Sequence record: OR992645.1
DNA from: Escherichia phage EI-SP-GF
Length of the DNA stretch: 64,000 bases
Strand: one strand, 5' to 3'
Made by a program: the position numbers and the translations under genes. Below the pieces are notes generated by a model, which saw nothing but the letters and a program-made list of their open reading frames with translations, had not been told where the DNA came from and did not search any database. Of the stretch, positions 28,810 through 37,848 are shown piece after piece (positions within the stretch are counted from its first letter, which is position 1; each line of letters opens with the position of its first letter).

Positions 28810-28837
28810 CCACCTATCACGTGATAATGGAGGAAAC

Positions 28838-29176
28838 ATGGCGGATACAACTAAAAAGCGTCGCCGTAGAGGCAGACCTCTGAAAGAGGAGTCCAACGCC
28901 ATTCAGCTAGAGAAGAACATTCTTGATATGAAGGAATCTTTTATAGCGATGGTTCCAGAAGCTCACAAAGTTTTAAGAGAGCTGATGTTGGACCCGAAAA
29001 CCAAACAAAATATTCGTCAAAGCATTGCAGAGTATGTTCTTGATAAGGCAGACCGAATGCAGGAAGAATATGATGAGATGTTTGGTGAAGAGGAAGAGGT
29101 GGTAGTGGAAGAGGCTGAAAAACCAGCACCTTTTATGCCATTTACCACAGAAATACAGCCTGTTGGCAATAGTTAA
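28838..29176 (+). CDS. hypothetical protein with basic N-terminus and acidic C-terminus (112 aa)
   Basis: Start moved to ATG 28838 with GGAGGAAA RBS; KKRRRRGRPLK AT-hook-like segment. Confidence 0.45.
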   Translation: MADTTKKRRRRGRPLKEESNAIQLEKNILDMKESFIAMVPEAHKVLRELMLDPKTKQNIRQSIAEYVLDKADRMQEEYDEMFGEEEEVVVEEAEKPAPFMPFTTEIQPVGNS

Positions 29177-29272
29177 AATATTTTCTTGACAAACTTTGCC
29201 TAACAGTGTAATATTATAAACATGGTCTCCCACCTTTTCTGGCGGCTCAGGTGTAAAAGAAAGCCACCCAGT

Positions 29273-29344
29273 GCCCTGTTAGCTTAGTGGATAAAGCAGC
29301 GGCCTTCTAAGCCGTTGACACTGGTTCGAGTCCAGTACGGGGTG
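29273..29344 (+). tRNA. tRNA-Arg(TCT)
   Basis: Hand-folded cloverleaf: acceptor GCCCTGT/ACGGGGT, D-stem GCTT/AAGC, anticodon loop CTTCTAA, T-loop TTCGAGT, encoded CCA. Confidence 0.8.
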
Positions 29345-29477
29345 CCAAGTTCTTTTTAATGTAGCTTACTTTAGCAGAGTAAATCTTCGGCAAGTGGCGG
29401 TAACCACTTTACCGATACCTCATAGTTAGTGGTTAGAACACTAGCTATTTTAAAAAGAATTTAAATATTAGTATTTA

Positions 29478-29562
29478 GGTGAGTTAATTCCGTAGGGGTA
29501 GCGGGGCAGACTGTAAATCTGTTATCATTGCGATTCGGGTGGTTCGACTCCATCACTCACCA
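29478..29562 (+). tRNA. tRNA-Tyr(GTA), type II with long variable arm
   Basis: Acceptor GGTGAGT/ACTCACC, anticodon loop CTGTAAA, T-loop TTCGACT, CCA encoded. Confidence 0.75.
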
Positions 29563-29680
29563 CCAAATTTATATTTTTAAATGCATAAATCATACAGATA
29601 ATGGCATTGATATTTATCGTCGTTTATACTAGTCACTAACTGCTCGAAAATCAGTGTCATTATCAGTATTGTTTATAAAA

Positions 29681-29768
29681 GAGGGTAGGGAGCAATGGTG
29701 CTCAAGCGGTCTTGAAAACCGTCCCGTTGAGGATGACTCGATGATGGTTCGATTCCATTATCCTCTGC
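29681..29768 (+). tRNA. tRNA-Ser(TGA), type II
   Basis: Acceptor AGAGGGT/ATCCTCT, anticodon loop CTTGAAA, long variable arm, T-loop TTCGATT, CCA encoded. Confidence 0.7.
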
Positions 29769-29868
29769 CATATTGTTGACCTTGTAATTAAGCGAAAGCC
29801 GGAAGCAGAACCGGATTATCAAATGTTACAGTCGTCATCGCCGACTAGCAACATGGTCAACATACTGA

Positions 29869-29965
29869 GCTAGGTAAGCCCTTTGGCAAGGGCGAGGATT
29901 TTTAATCCTGAAAATAGACGAGGTAGTCGTTGAATACATAGATGGTTCGATTCCATCACCTAGCA
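29869..29965 (+). pseudogene. aberrant tRNA-like element (possible degenerate tRNA-Lys(TTT)-like)
   Basis: Canonical acceptor GCTAGGT/ACCTAGC, D-arm GCCC/GGGC and T-arm GATGG-TTCGATT-CCATC, but 97 nt long with about 30 nt between anticodon-like hairpin and T-arm. Confidence 0.35.
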
Positions 29966-29971
29966 CCTTTT

Positions 29972-30044
29972 GCTGATGTAGCACAATTGGCAGTGCAATT
30001 GATTTGTAATCAATAGGTTGCAGGTTCAAGTCCTGCCATCAGCA
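29972..30044 (+). tRNA. tRNA-Thr(TGT)
   Basis: Complete 73-nt cloverleaf: acceptor GCTGATG/CATCAGC, anticodon stem ATTGA/TCAAT with loop TTTGTAA, T-loop TTCAAGT, CCA encoded. Confidence 0.85.
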
Positions 30045-30048
30045 CCAT

Positions 30049-30120
30049 GGCCCTGTAGCTGGAAGGTTCAAGCAAGCGACTCATAATCGCCAGACGGTGG
30101 TTCAATTCCACCCAGGGCCA
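30049..30120 (+). tRNA. tRNA-Met(CAT) (elongator or Ile2-type)
   Basis: Acceptor GGCCCTG/CAGGGCC, anticodon loop CTCATAA, T-arm GGTGG-TTCAATT-CCACC; starts 1 nt after tRNA-Thr CCA. Confidence 0.8.
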
Positions 30121-30134
30121 CCAAATAATAAATA

Positions 30135-30208
30135 CTCCGCGTAGCTCAGCTTGGTAGAGCGCCTGATTTGGGATCAGGAGGTCGAGTGTTCGAATCACTC
30201 CGTGGAGA
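30135..30208 (+). tRNA. tRNA-Pro(TGG)
   Basis: Acceptor CTCCGCG/CGTGGAG (C1-G72 as in bacterial tRNA-Pro), D-arm AGCTCAGCTTGGTAGAGC, anticodon loop TTTGGGA, T-loop TTCGAAT. Confidence 0.85.
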
Positions 30209-30257
30209 CCACCTTTAGTTATACTTTAAATATATACACACAAAAGGAACCTTTAAA

Positions 30258-30527
30258 ATGTATACACTTAAAATTGTAGAACGTGTAAATCCAACCCATA
30301 CTTTAGATCTTCGTGAAGATTTCAACCCTCTTGCTGTAAATCTTCGAGAGTCGTATCATGAACTAAGCTGCGATGCAGTTGTGGTCTTCTTTGAAGACAA
30401 CTCTGAAGGGGCAGTAGCTTGTGTTGTTGATAGCGAGCAGAAGTTTTATATTTACAGAGATGTGGATGCTTACTTGATGAATGAGAATGCGGTTACTGTC
30501 AGAATCATCCACCGAGTGCCTCGATAA
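30258..30527 (+). CDS. hypothetical protein (89 aa)
   Basis: ORF track; AAAGGAA RBS. Confidence 0.4.
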   Translation: MYTLKIVERVNPTHTLDLREDFNPLAVNLRESYHELSCDAVVVFFEDNSEGAVACVVDSEQKFYIYRDVDAYLMNENAVTVRIIHRVPR

Positions 30528-30580
30528 GTATTAGTCTCCTTTTAGTTAGTTTCGATCTATTTAGGTTACTCAATTTTAAC

Positions 30581-30616
30581 CCGCCCCGTTAGCTGTATAG
30601 CTGCGGGGTTTTTTCG
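30581..30616 (+). terminator. intrinsic terminator
   Basis: GC-rich hairpin CCCCG...CGGGG followed by TTTTTTCGTTT. Confidence 0.45.
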
Positions 30617-30632
30617 TTTCTGGAGCCTTAAA

Positions 30633-31031
30633 ATGATTTCAGTTTTAACATTGATGAGTAAATACAGAGGGATCATAAAAGGTTTAGTTTTTGCAGCGGC
30701 TATAGGTATGGCTTATCTTGGTGCCGTGTATTGGTTTAACTCTAAGCTCAATGATGCTTATCAGGAAGGTGTGTCAGCAACAGAGTTAAAGTGGGAACGG
30801 ATCCTTGACCAACAACAAAAGCAGGCCGACAAAATTAAAATGGGCCACGCAGAGGAGGTTAAAAACCTTGAAAAATCTCTTTCTGATCTGCAGGATAAAT
30901 TAAATATGGCTGAAAAGGCAGGTAAAGAAAAGCAGATTATCTACCTCCAATCTCCTGAAGGTAAGAAGTCAACACTTCCTGATCAGCTAATAGATATTTA
31001 TAATGAGAGTATCAATCAGGAGGTTCGATGA
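30633..31031 (+). CDS. i-spanin (Rz-like)
   Basis: N-terminal TM segment then coiled-coil periplasmic domain; ATGA overlap with following lipoprotein gene. Confidence 0.6.
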   Translation: MISVLTLMSKYRGIIKGLVFAAAIGMAYLGAVYWFNSKLNDAYQEGVSATELKWERILDQQQKQADKIKMGHAEEVKNLEKSLSDLQDKLNMAEKAGKEKQIIYLQSPEGKKSTLPDQLIDIYNESINQEVR

Positions 31032-31315
31032 GAGTTACTGCACTGGTTGTTTTGTGCTTGTTATTGTGTGGGTGTGCAACCAGCGTTGAGAGAGAATACA
31101 AGATTGACCCTCCGGATGTAGGAAGGTTGATTGTTAAACCTCCCGAGGGTGCTATGAAACCACCTGCTAAAGCTATCCCTTTGAAGAAAGGTGCGCCAGA
31201 TGCGGTGAATTCTGGCATTATGAGGGATAATAACCTGTCTTGTAGTAATGATAGAGCTAAATTAATCATTTTGCAAGACTATATTAGAACACTGTTTCCA
31301 AAGGAGAGAGGTTAA
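31028..31315 (+). CDS. o-spanin (Rz1-like outer-membrane lipoprotein)
   Basis: Signal peptide with lipobox LLLCGC, Pro-rich mature part. Confidence 0.65.
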   Translation: MRVTALVVLCLLLCGCATSVEREYKIDPPDVGRLIVKPPEGAMKPPAKAIPLKKGAPDAVNSGIMRDNNLSCSNDRAKLIILQDYIRTLFPKERG

Positions 31316-31740
31316 TGTCTAAGATTTACGGACCGTGTTCTGAAAAGCAGAAGATGATCCTGGAAAATGATGCAGATATTTTGGTAATTGGCGGGGCTGC
31401 AGGATCTGGCAAGTCATTCCTCTTGCAGCTAATGCCGCTTAAAATTATTGATGACCCGCACAGCTCTGTGGTTATGTTCCGAAGAACAACCCCACAGTTG
31501 GAAGGTGAGGGGGGACTATGGCCTAAAGCAGTAGCTATTTATAGTGATCTGCCAGAAAACATTAAGCCAAAGTTTAGAGAGAAGGATCATAAGTTCATTT
31601 TTCCACGGTTTGATCCGAGCACTGGCAAGTGGGACAGGAGCAAAAAGGGAGCTGTTGTAAAATACTGCCACATGGAATATGTCCAAGATAAGCTTAACCA
31701 TCAGGGTTTGGAATACACCATGGTTTGCTTCGATGAGGGT
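31315..31740 (+). CDS. terminase large subunit, exon 1 (ATPase Walker A and B)
   Basis: Walker A GGAAGSGKS and Walker B MVCFDEG; ORF stops immediately after Walker B at the intron edge. Confidence 0.8.
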
Positions 31741-32092
31741 TAATTTGTAGCTCTCGTAAAACCTCCCTAATTGCGGGGAAATCTTTATTATTGACACCAC
31801 CAACCTGTCATGGTAACATAATAGAGGCTTCGAAGAGAGATCGAAGGTATGGTAACAGTGTGTTAATTTAGATAATCCGCAGCGAAGCATCCGAGAGGAT
31901 GAACGTTCAACGACTAGTCGAAAGACGTAGAATCAAGCGATTCGAAACGGGAGGGTAAGCGGTTGTTGTCGCTTATAAGATATAGTCTGGTCTGCATGGA
32001 GACATGCAGCTGCCTGAAAATGGCGGGGCAAGACTAGCGACCTTGCCCGAACATGAACGACACAATTCGAATGGGAGCAGATAGACTATCTG
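31741..32092 (+). ncRNA. group I intron (ORF-less) interrupting terminase large subunit; 3' boundary approximate (32057-32092)
   Basis: Canonical P/Q/R/S elements: AATTGCGGGGAAA (31769-31781), AATCCGCAGC (31874-31883), GTTCAACGACTAGTCG (31905-31920), AAGATATAGTCTGG (31977-31990); exon 1 ends with U. Confidence 0.7.
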
Positions 32093-33181
32093 ATGTCTCG
32101 TCTGCGATCTCAGTCAAAGTATCCATCAAGAATGGTTATCAGCTGTAACCCCGATTCAGAACACATGCTTGCCAAACTGGTTAGATGGTGGTTGGACGAT
32201 GAAGGGTATCCAGATCCGGAGAAATGCGGTAAGAAAAGATATTTTATCCGACGCGACGGTGAATTTATCTGGGGAGACTCTAAAGAAGAGTTGATAGAGA
32301 AATACACCACGGTTAACGGACTTGGCGTAGAGATCAAGCCAAGACCGTTGTCATTCTCGTTCATAGGCGCAACAATATTCGATAATCCTGTCTGTTTGAG
32401 AGACAACCCAGAATACCTTGCTTTCCTCGAAGGTCTACCAGAGCTGGAAAAAGCTCAGCTTCTCCATGGTAACTGGTTTGCAAAGCCTGAGGGTGCAAAC
32501 TATTTTCAAAGATCTTTCCTTCGTGATGCCGATAGAGTACCTCTTGGGTCAGTATCTTGCAGGGCATGGGATAAGGCAGGAACCGAGAGAACTTCCGGTA
32601 ATAAATTTCCTGACTTTACTGCCAGTATTAAGGTAAGTAAAGATAGCGACGGCTTTTATTACCTGTCCGGTGATTATTGTCCTGAGAACGTGGATGACGG
32701 GAGGTATTCCACAGGTCTGGAAGGCAAGTTCTGTAAAAAGGCTGGTGAACGAGATGTGATCATCAGGAAACAGGCGCAGTTCGATGGTGATGATTGCATA
32801 ATCGTCTTCTCTGTGGACCCAGGGCAGGCAGGTAAGAGTGAGTTCTTAACCTCCTCCAGATCCTTGCTTGCCGAAGGGTTCAGGGTTGAAGAAGACCCAA
32901 TGCCTTCCAACAAGTCTAAACTGACAAGGTTCTCACCTTTTGCCAATCTTGCCCAACAAGGAATGGTGAGGATTGTAAAATCCAGTTTCCATCCTGATAC
33001 TCTGGAAGCATTTCTGACTGAACTTGAAAAATTCAACGGGGAAAGATCAACATTTAACAGAAAAGACGACTGGGCCGACTGTGTAGCTTCTGCGATTAAT
33101 TTCCTAGAGAAAGAGGAGGTAGCACTTCCTTGTGTGATTCCATCAATCTCATCACCTTCTATGTTCAAGCGTTTTATCTAA
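32093..33181 (+). CDS. terminase large subunit, exon 2 (nuclease domain)
   Basis: Continues terminase after the intron in a different frame; frame open from 32057, so exon may start up to 36 nt upstream of ATG 32093. Confidence 0.75.
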   Translation: MSRLRSQSKYPSRMVISCNPDSEHMLAKLVRWWLDDEGYPDPEKCGKKRYFIRRDGEFIWGDSKEELIEKYTTVNGLGVEIKPRPLSFSFIGATIFDNPVCLRDNPEYLAFLEGLPELEKAQLLHGNWFAKPEGANYFQRSFLRDADRVPLGSVSCRAWDKAGTERTSGNKFPDFTASIKVSKDSDGFYYLSGDYCPENVDDGRYSTGLEGKFCKKAGERDVIIRKQAQFDGDDCIIVFSVDPGQAGKSEFLTSSRSLLAEGFRVEEDPMPSNKSKLTRFSPFANLAQQGMVRIVKSSFHPDTLEAFLTELEKFNGERSTFNRKDDWADCVASAINFLEKEEVALPCVIPSISSPSMFKRFI

Positions 33182-33184
33182 GTG

Positions 33185-33213
33185 TTGCCAATCTTAATTA
33201 GATGTGGTACAAT
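33185..33213 (+). promoter_or_regulatory. sigma70-like promoter (TTGCCA-N17-TACAAT) followed by 7-bp hairpin at 33232-33249
   Basis: Hexamers at 33185-33190 and 33208-33213. Confidence 0.35.
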
Positions 33214-33281
33214 AAAGTAATTGGAGATACTAGCCCTCTGACGAGGGCTATTTTGTTATACTGTTTTGAGGGGTAAAGCTT

Positions 33282-34838
33282 GTGTCCAAAAAGAACCGCA
33301 GGAAACACAACGCCACAGCCAAAACTGTGAATAAATCTGGGAACGCAGGCGCACCAACTCATAATGTTCGTATGAGTGAGATCGGTTCTGGCGCACTTTC
33401 CCAAATTATGGCAGAATCGCAATCTATGATGGTTGAGGAATTGCGTTGGCCTCAGCTGATTGCCACAGTGGAGACTATGAAATGTGATTCCACAGTTGCT
33501 ACTGCCTTAGATACAAAATATGTTTTCATCACGAAAGCATTCAATGATTTTAAGATCCTTTATAATGTTAAAAGTGAAGACTCTAAGAAAGCTGCCGAGC
33601 TTATAGAGTATTCTTTGCGTAATTTGGCAAACCAACAAACTCTTCGAGATATTGCAAGAAGCGCAGCTACCTTTAACGAGTATGGTTTTTCACTGTTTGA
33701 GAAAGTATACCGCAGAGAGAAAGAAGGTAAATATGCCGGGATGCTTCTTATCGATAAAATTGCATTCCGACCTCAGGCCAGCCTGTCCAGATCAGAGCCG
33801 TTTGTTTTTGATAAGAATAGCAGAACACTGACAGGTATTTATCAGTCACCTAATGCATTTCTAAACACTCAGAATGCACGCTGGGCTGGACCTCTTGCTG
33901 CAATGCCTTCAAAAGGCTTTAATGAGCCTGAAATTTTCATCCCTGCTAAAAAGCTTATGCTCATGACCCTGTCAGGAACAGAATCTAACCCTGCAGGTGT
34001 GTCACCTATGATAGGTTGCTACAGATCTTTCCGTGAGAAAGTTCTGATTGAAAACCTTGAGGTTGTTGGCTGTTCCAAAGACCTTGGTGGTGTGCTTGAG
34101 CTGAAAATTCCTTCCAATATTTTGAACAAGGCCAGCATTGACCCGAATTCAATGGAAGGGAGAATGGTTGCAGACCTTATGCTTGACGCAGCAAACGCCC
34201 ATAGTGGTGAGCAAAGTTTCTTTATACTTCCGTCTGATAGAGATAAGTCTGGTAAAGAGCTTTACTCCATGACCCTGAAGGGGGTTGACGGTATGGGTAA
34301 GCAGTATTCCACTAAAGATTTGATTGATGCCCGTAAAAAGGCGATTCTTGACCGTTTCGGTGCTGGCTTTATTAACCTAGGTAACGATAACGTTGGATCC
34401 TTCTCTCTGTCTGAGTCAAAACAGTCTATCCATGGTCATTTTGTTCAGCGTGATATAGATATTATCACTGAGGCCTTCAATAAGGATCTTATTCCACAGC
34501 TTCTGGCATTGAATGGTATCATCCTTGAAGATGATGATATGCCTAAACTGAAACCTGGTCTGATTGAAGAAGTGGATATGGAGAGCTTCTCCAAGTTTGT
34601 CCAGAGGATCGGTGCTGTAGGTTACTTGCCAAAAACTCCTGCAGTAATTAATAAGATTCTTGAAGTAGGCGGGTTTGATGAAAGATTTGACGAGGACATG
34701 GATCAGGAAGAGCTGATGAAGCTCTTGGGCCAGGACATCAGTAGAGCTGGTGATGGAATGGCTGCAGGATCCACTGGCAACGGTACTTCTAAGATATCAT
34801 CAACCAGAGATAATTCCATATCCAACATGGAAAATTAA
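33282..34838 (+). CDS. portal protein (GTG start)
   Basis: 518-aa protein immediately after terminase; size and position typical of portal; GAGGGG RBS. Confidence 0.65.
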   Translation: MSKKNRRKHNATAKTVNKSGNAGAPTHNVRMSEIGSGALSQIMAESQSMMVEELRWPQLIATVETMKCDSTVATALDTKYVFITKAFNDFKILYNVKSEDSKKAAELIEYSLRNLANQQTLRDIARSAATFNEYGFSLFEKVYRREKEGKYAGMLLIDKIAFRPQASLSRSEPFVFDKNSRTLTGIYQSPNAFLNTQNARWAGPLAAMPSKGFNEPEIFIPAKKLMLMTLSGTESNPAGVSPMIGCYRSFREKVLIENLEVVGCSKDLGGVLELKIPSNILNKASIDPNSMEGRMVADLMLDAANAHSGEQSFFILPSDRDKSGKELYSMTLKGVDGMGKQYSTKDLIDARKKAILDRFGAGFINLGNDNVGSFSLSESKQSIHGHFVQRDIDIITEAFNKDLIPQLLALNGIILEDDDMPKLKPGLIEEVDMESFSKFVQRIGAVGYLPKTPAVINKILEVGGFDERFDEDMDQEELMKLLGQDISRAGDGMAAGSTGNGTSKISSTRDNSISNMEN

Positions 34839-34905
34839 AAATTATCAACACAGGGGGTTGCAAAACCTCCTTTGGCGTGATAAAATAATCCACATGGGGA
34901 ATAAG

Positions 34906-35325
34906 ATGCCACAGGAAGAAATGATTTCCTACGAAATCATCTACGAGCCTGACACTAAAGATGCTCACGGTGAGTGGATGAGTAAAGACACCATCAAAAA
35001 GGCTAAAGATAACTGGGACGCAGCATACGCTGCAGGCCTAGTTTCTGAAAACCTTTTCCACTTGACCTCTACAGATGCTTTCACTATTGAAAAGACGTGG
35101 ATTCAAGAAGAGTTTGATGTTGTAGTAATTGGCACTGAGCAGGTCATCAAGGCTGGCTCTTGGGTTGCTAAAGTTAAATACAATAATCCTGAATTATGGG
35201 AAGCTAAGAAGGCTGGCATTGTTGGTGGCCTAAGCATTCAGGCAACAGGTAATGTTGATGAAGAAACTGGTGAAATTACCAACGTAAACTTCGGGATCAG
35301 TGTTGTAGAAGAGGGCAATGAATAA
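34906..35325 (+). CDS. hypothetical head-module protein (139 aa)
   Basis: Start moved to ATG 34906 after portal stop (GGGGA RBS); between portal and scaffold. Confidence 0.35.
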   Translation: MPQEEMISYEIIYEPDTKDAHGEWMSKDTIKKAKDNWDAAYAAGLVSENLFHLTSTDAFTIEKTWIQEEFDVVVIGTEQVIKAGSWVAKVKYNNPELWEAKKAGIVGGLSIQATGNVDEETGEITNVNFGISVVEEGNE

Positions 35326-36302
35326 TGTCTGAAAAAACGATTACTATTAAAGAGAAGGGGATTGCCCTGTGCCATAAGGCGCAAGGCTATAGCGCTAACA
35401 ACAGACCTGTATCTCTTTTGATGAAGAGTGATCTTAAGCCTGAGCAGTTAACAGACGATATTGTTAAGGCACTTCGCCAAGTTACTGTGGAGCTTAGTTT
35501 TGAAGAATACCTGCGTCGTTTCTTCGATATGTGGTATGATGATGCTAAAGCACTTGCACACATGCTTGGTTTTGAGATTGAAGAGGAGGCTTGGGCTAAA
35601 GAGCATCCCGATTGGGAATGGGCGCAAGCTGACGCAGAGTCTTGTATTGCATGGCTGGAAGAGCGTTGTGATAACGTGACCATTCATAAGGCTGCAAAAG
35701 AAGGCAAGCAGCTTAGTGTGGTAGATCAGTACAGCCTGTTAAAAACACAACAGATTTTTGAACAAGTAACCGCTGATCTCTTCGATAAAGAAGGGAACCT
35801 GATCAAGGCGGTACAGGAACCTACTGAGGTAGATAAAACTACCGAGGTGGATGATGTTGCAAAATCCGCAAATACCGAGGAGAATCCGGTGGACGTAACC
35901 AAAACTAAAGAGTATCTGGATCTGCTGAAGCAAGTAGAAGAGCTGAAAGCAACCCAGAGTAAAGCTGAAGAGATCATCAAGGCCCAGGTTGAAGTTGAAA
36001 AAGCTAAAATGCTGACTAAGGCTCAAGCTTTAAGCTTTGTTGGTGAAGAAGATCACGCAACCCTGGTTGACTTCATGCTGGAAAAAGCTAACGAACCTAT
36101 CGTAGCTATGCTGGAGAAAGCTCAAGCAAAAATTGAAGAGCTGGAAGCAGAGGTGCATAAAACTAAAGAAGAGTTTGCCACCACTGAACATGGTAATGAT
36201 GGCGAACCTGTTGTGGATGATATTGCAAAATCCGCAGAAGAAATTCTTGCTGAAAACGTTGCAAAAGCACTTGCTCGTGCACGTGCAGAATCTAACAAAT
36301 AA
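35325..36302 (+). CDS. putative scaffolding protein
   Basis: Acidic, Ala/Glu/Lys-rich coiled-coil sequence located just upstream of capsid genes. Confidence 0.5.
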   Translation: MSEKTITIKEKGIALCHKAQGYSANNRPVSLLMKSDLKPEQLTDDIVKALRQVTVELSFEEYLRRFFDMWYDDAKALAHMLGFEIEEEAWAKEHPDWEWAQADAESCIAWLEERCDNVTIHKAAKEGKQLSVVDQYSLLKTQQIFEQVTADLFDKEGNLIKAVQEPTEVDKTTEVDDVAKSANTEENPVDVTKTKEYLDLLKQVEELKATQSKAEEIIKAQVEVEKAKMLTKAQALSFVGEEDHATLVDFMLEKANEPIVAMLEKAQAKIEELEAEVHKTKEEFATTEHGNDGEPVVDDIAKSAEEILAENVAKALARARAESNK

Positions 36303-36322
36303 GACATTAACGGGGGAAATAA

Positions 36323-36712
36323 ATGATTACCGCTCAATATTCTGATATCGTGCTCGGCAAAGTTGATTCTAGCGATGCTGGCTACAATTTTAAAGAGATG
36401 GAAATTACACTGACAGAGCACCATCATGCTGGTACTGTTGTAACAAAAACTGGCACTATCGCTAACGATGATGGCTCAGATGTTTATGGTGTTCTTGTAG
36501 ACCGAGCTCTGGTAAAAGATGCAGGAAAAGTTCATCTTGCTGAGCCTCTGCAAACAGGTCAGAAATATAAACTGGTTGTTGCAGTTCACGGTGTTACCTT
36601 TGCAAAAGATAAGCTGCTGGGGTCTAACGGTGAAGCAGCTAAGCAGGCTGTCCTTGAAAAGCTGGAAGCTCTGGGTAACAAAGTCCACGTCCAGACTCTT
36701 GGTGAAGAGTAA
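36323..36712 (+). CDS. putative head decoration/accessory protein (129 aa)
   Basis: Immediately upstream of major capsid gene; host-optimised codons; GGGGGAAA RBS. Confidence 0.3.
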   Translation: MITAQYSDIVLGKVDSSDAGYNFKEMEITLTEHHHAGTVVTKTGTIANDDGSDVYGVLVDRALVKDAGKVHLAEPLQTGQKYKLVVAVHGVTFAKDKLLGSNGEAAKQAVLEKLEALGNKVHVQTLGEE

Positions 36713-36759
36713 GCCCTAAATTGTTCGGGAAATATTTAAGTTTTACTTTGGAGAAATAA

Positions 36760-37767
36760 ATGATTACTCGTAAAGATGAATTTGGCATTGTTGATTTAGG
36801 TGCTACTCTGGAACTTGTTCCGCGCCAATTCCGACTGATTACTGGTATGGATCTGTTCGAAACCCGTCTCGGCACCTCAACGATTGCTCAGATCGAGCGT
36901 GTTGATGAAGTTGTAACCGACATTCCGGCACGCCGTCGTGGTGGTGAGCGTAACTACGTTGGTAGTGAACGTGCCCAGGTTAAAAACCTGAACATCCCGT
37001 TCTTCCCTCTGGACAAAGGCATCACTGCCGCAGATGTTCAGAACTTCCGTCGTTACTTCACCCCTGATGCTCCGAAAACTGTTCAGGACGTAGTAACCCG
37101 CGTTGTTCGCCGTATCCGTGTTTCTCATGAAGCACTGCGTGAGAAAGCACTGTTCCAGGCTATTCTGGGTAAATCCTATGCACCTGGTGACACCACCTGT
37201 CAGTATGACTACTACACTCTGTGGGGTGTGTCTCAGAAGTCTGTTGAGATCGACCCTGCAAAAGCAGATCAGGATCCTATGGAGGTTCTGGAAGAAGCTC
37301 GTCTGCACATCGCACTGCAAGCTGGTGATAACGCAGCTGGCTATCGTATTGTAGCTCTGTGCTCACCAGAGTTCTTCAGTGCTATTACCCATCACCCGCT
37401 GGTAGAACTGGCATACACCTATTACGGCTCTGCTCAGGAACCTCTGCGTCGCCGTCTGGGTGCTGGCGGTCAAGACAGCGTATACCGTGTGTTTGAACAT
37501 AAAGGTATCACCTTTATCGAAGATATTTCTGGCAATATTCCTAAGAAAGAGGCTCGCATCCTGCCGATGGGTATTGATCAGATGTTCCAGCTGCACTTTG
37601 CTCCGGCAGACGATGTTAACGAAGCAAACACTCCAGCACAGGAACTGTACATGTGGTACAAACACTCTGCATACCTGCGTGAAGAGAAGATTGAATCTGA
37701 AACTTCCATGCTGGCAGTTAACACCCGTCCAGAGCTGGTTGTTAAAGCAACTCTGAAAGGTGAATAA
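36760..37767 (+). CDS. major capsid protein
   Basis: 335 aa; strong RBS GGAGAAATAA; codon usage conspicuously biased to CTG/CGT/GGT; followed by strong terminator. Confidence 0.6.
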   Translation: MITRKDEFGIVDLGATLELVPRQFRLITGMDLFETRLGTSTIAQIERVDEVVTDIPARRRGGERNYVGSERAQVKNLNIPFFPLDKGITAADVQNFRRYFTPDAPKTVQDVVTRVVRRIRVSHEALREKALFQAILGKSYAPGDTTCQYDYYTLWGVSQKSVEIDPAKADQDPMEVLEEARLHIALQAGDNAAGYRIVALCSPEFFSAITHHPLVELAYTYYGSAQEPLRRRLGAGGQDSVYRVFEHKGITFIEDISGNIPKKEARILPMGIDQMFQLHFAPADDVNEANTPAQELYMWYKHSAYLREEKIESETSMLAVNTRPELVVKATLKGE

Positions 37768-37791
37768 TCACTAAGGTGATTCATCCCATAT

Positions 37792-37820
37792 GGGGAGGGG
37801 GTTCTCCCCCTCCCCTTTTT
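37792..37820 (+). terminator. intrinsic terminator after major capsid gene
   Basis: Perfect 10-bp stem GGGGAGGGGG/CCCCCTCCCC, loop TTCT, then TTTTT. Confidence 0.75.
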
Positions 37821-37848
37821 ATTTATTAGGGTTTAACAGGAGTGTCCC

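Noticed and set aside
28595-28902. Overlapping 70-100 aa ORFs on the minus strand in the GC-rich block
   Set aside because: Mutually overlapping in different frames, no RBS, and running against the local plus-strand transcription signals
29681-29768. tRNA with anticodon UGA as possible stop-codon suppressor
   Set aside because: Anticodon 5'-UGA-3' decodes UCA serine codons, and the type II long variable arm fits tRNA-Ser
30010-30198. Minus-strand 62-aa ORF across the tRNA cluster
   Set aside because: Overlaps three well-folded plus-strand tRNAs
31315-31743. 142-aa ORF as a stand-alone small terminase subunit
   Set aside because: It contains both Walker A and Walker B of a large-subunit ATPase and stops exactly at a group I intron boundary
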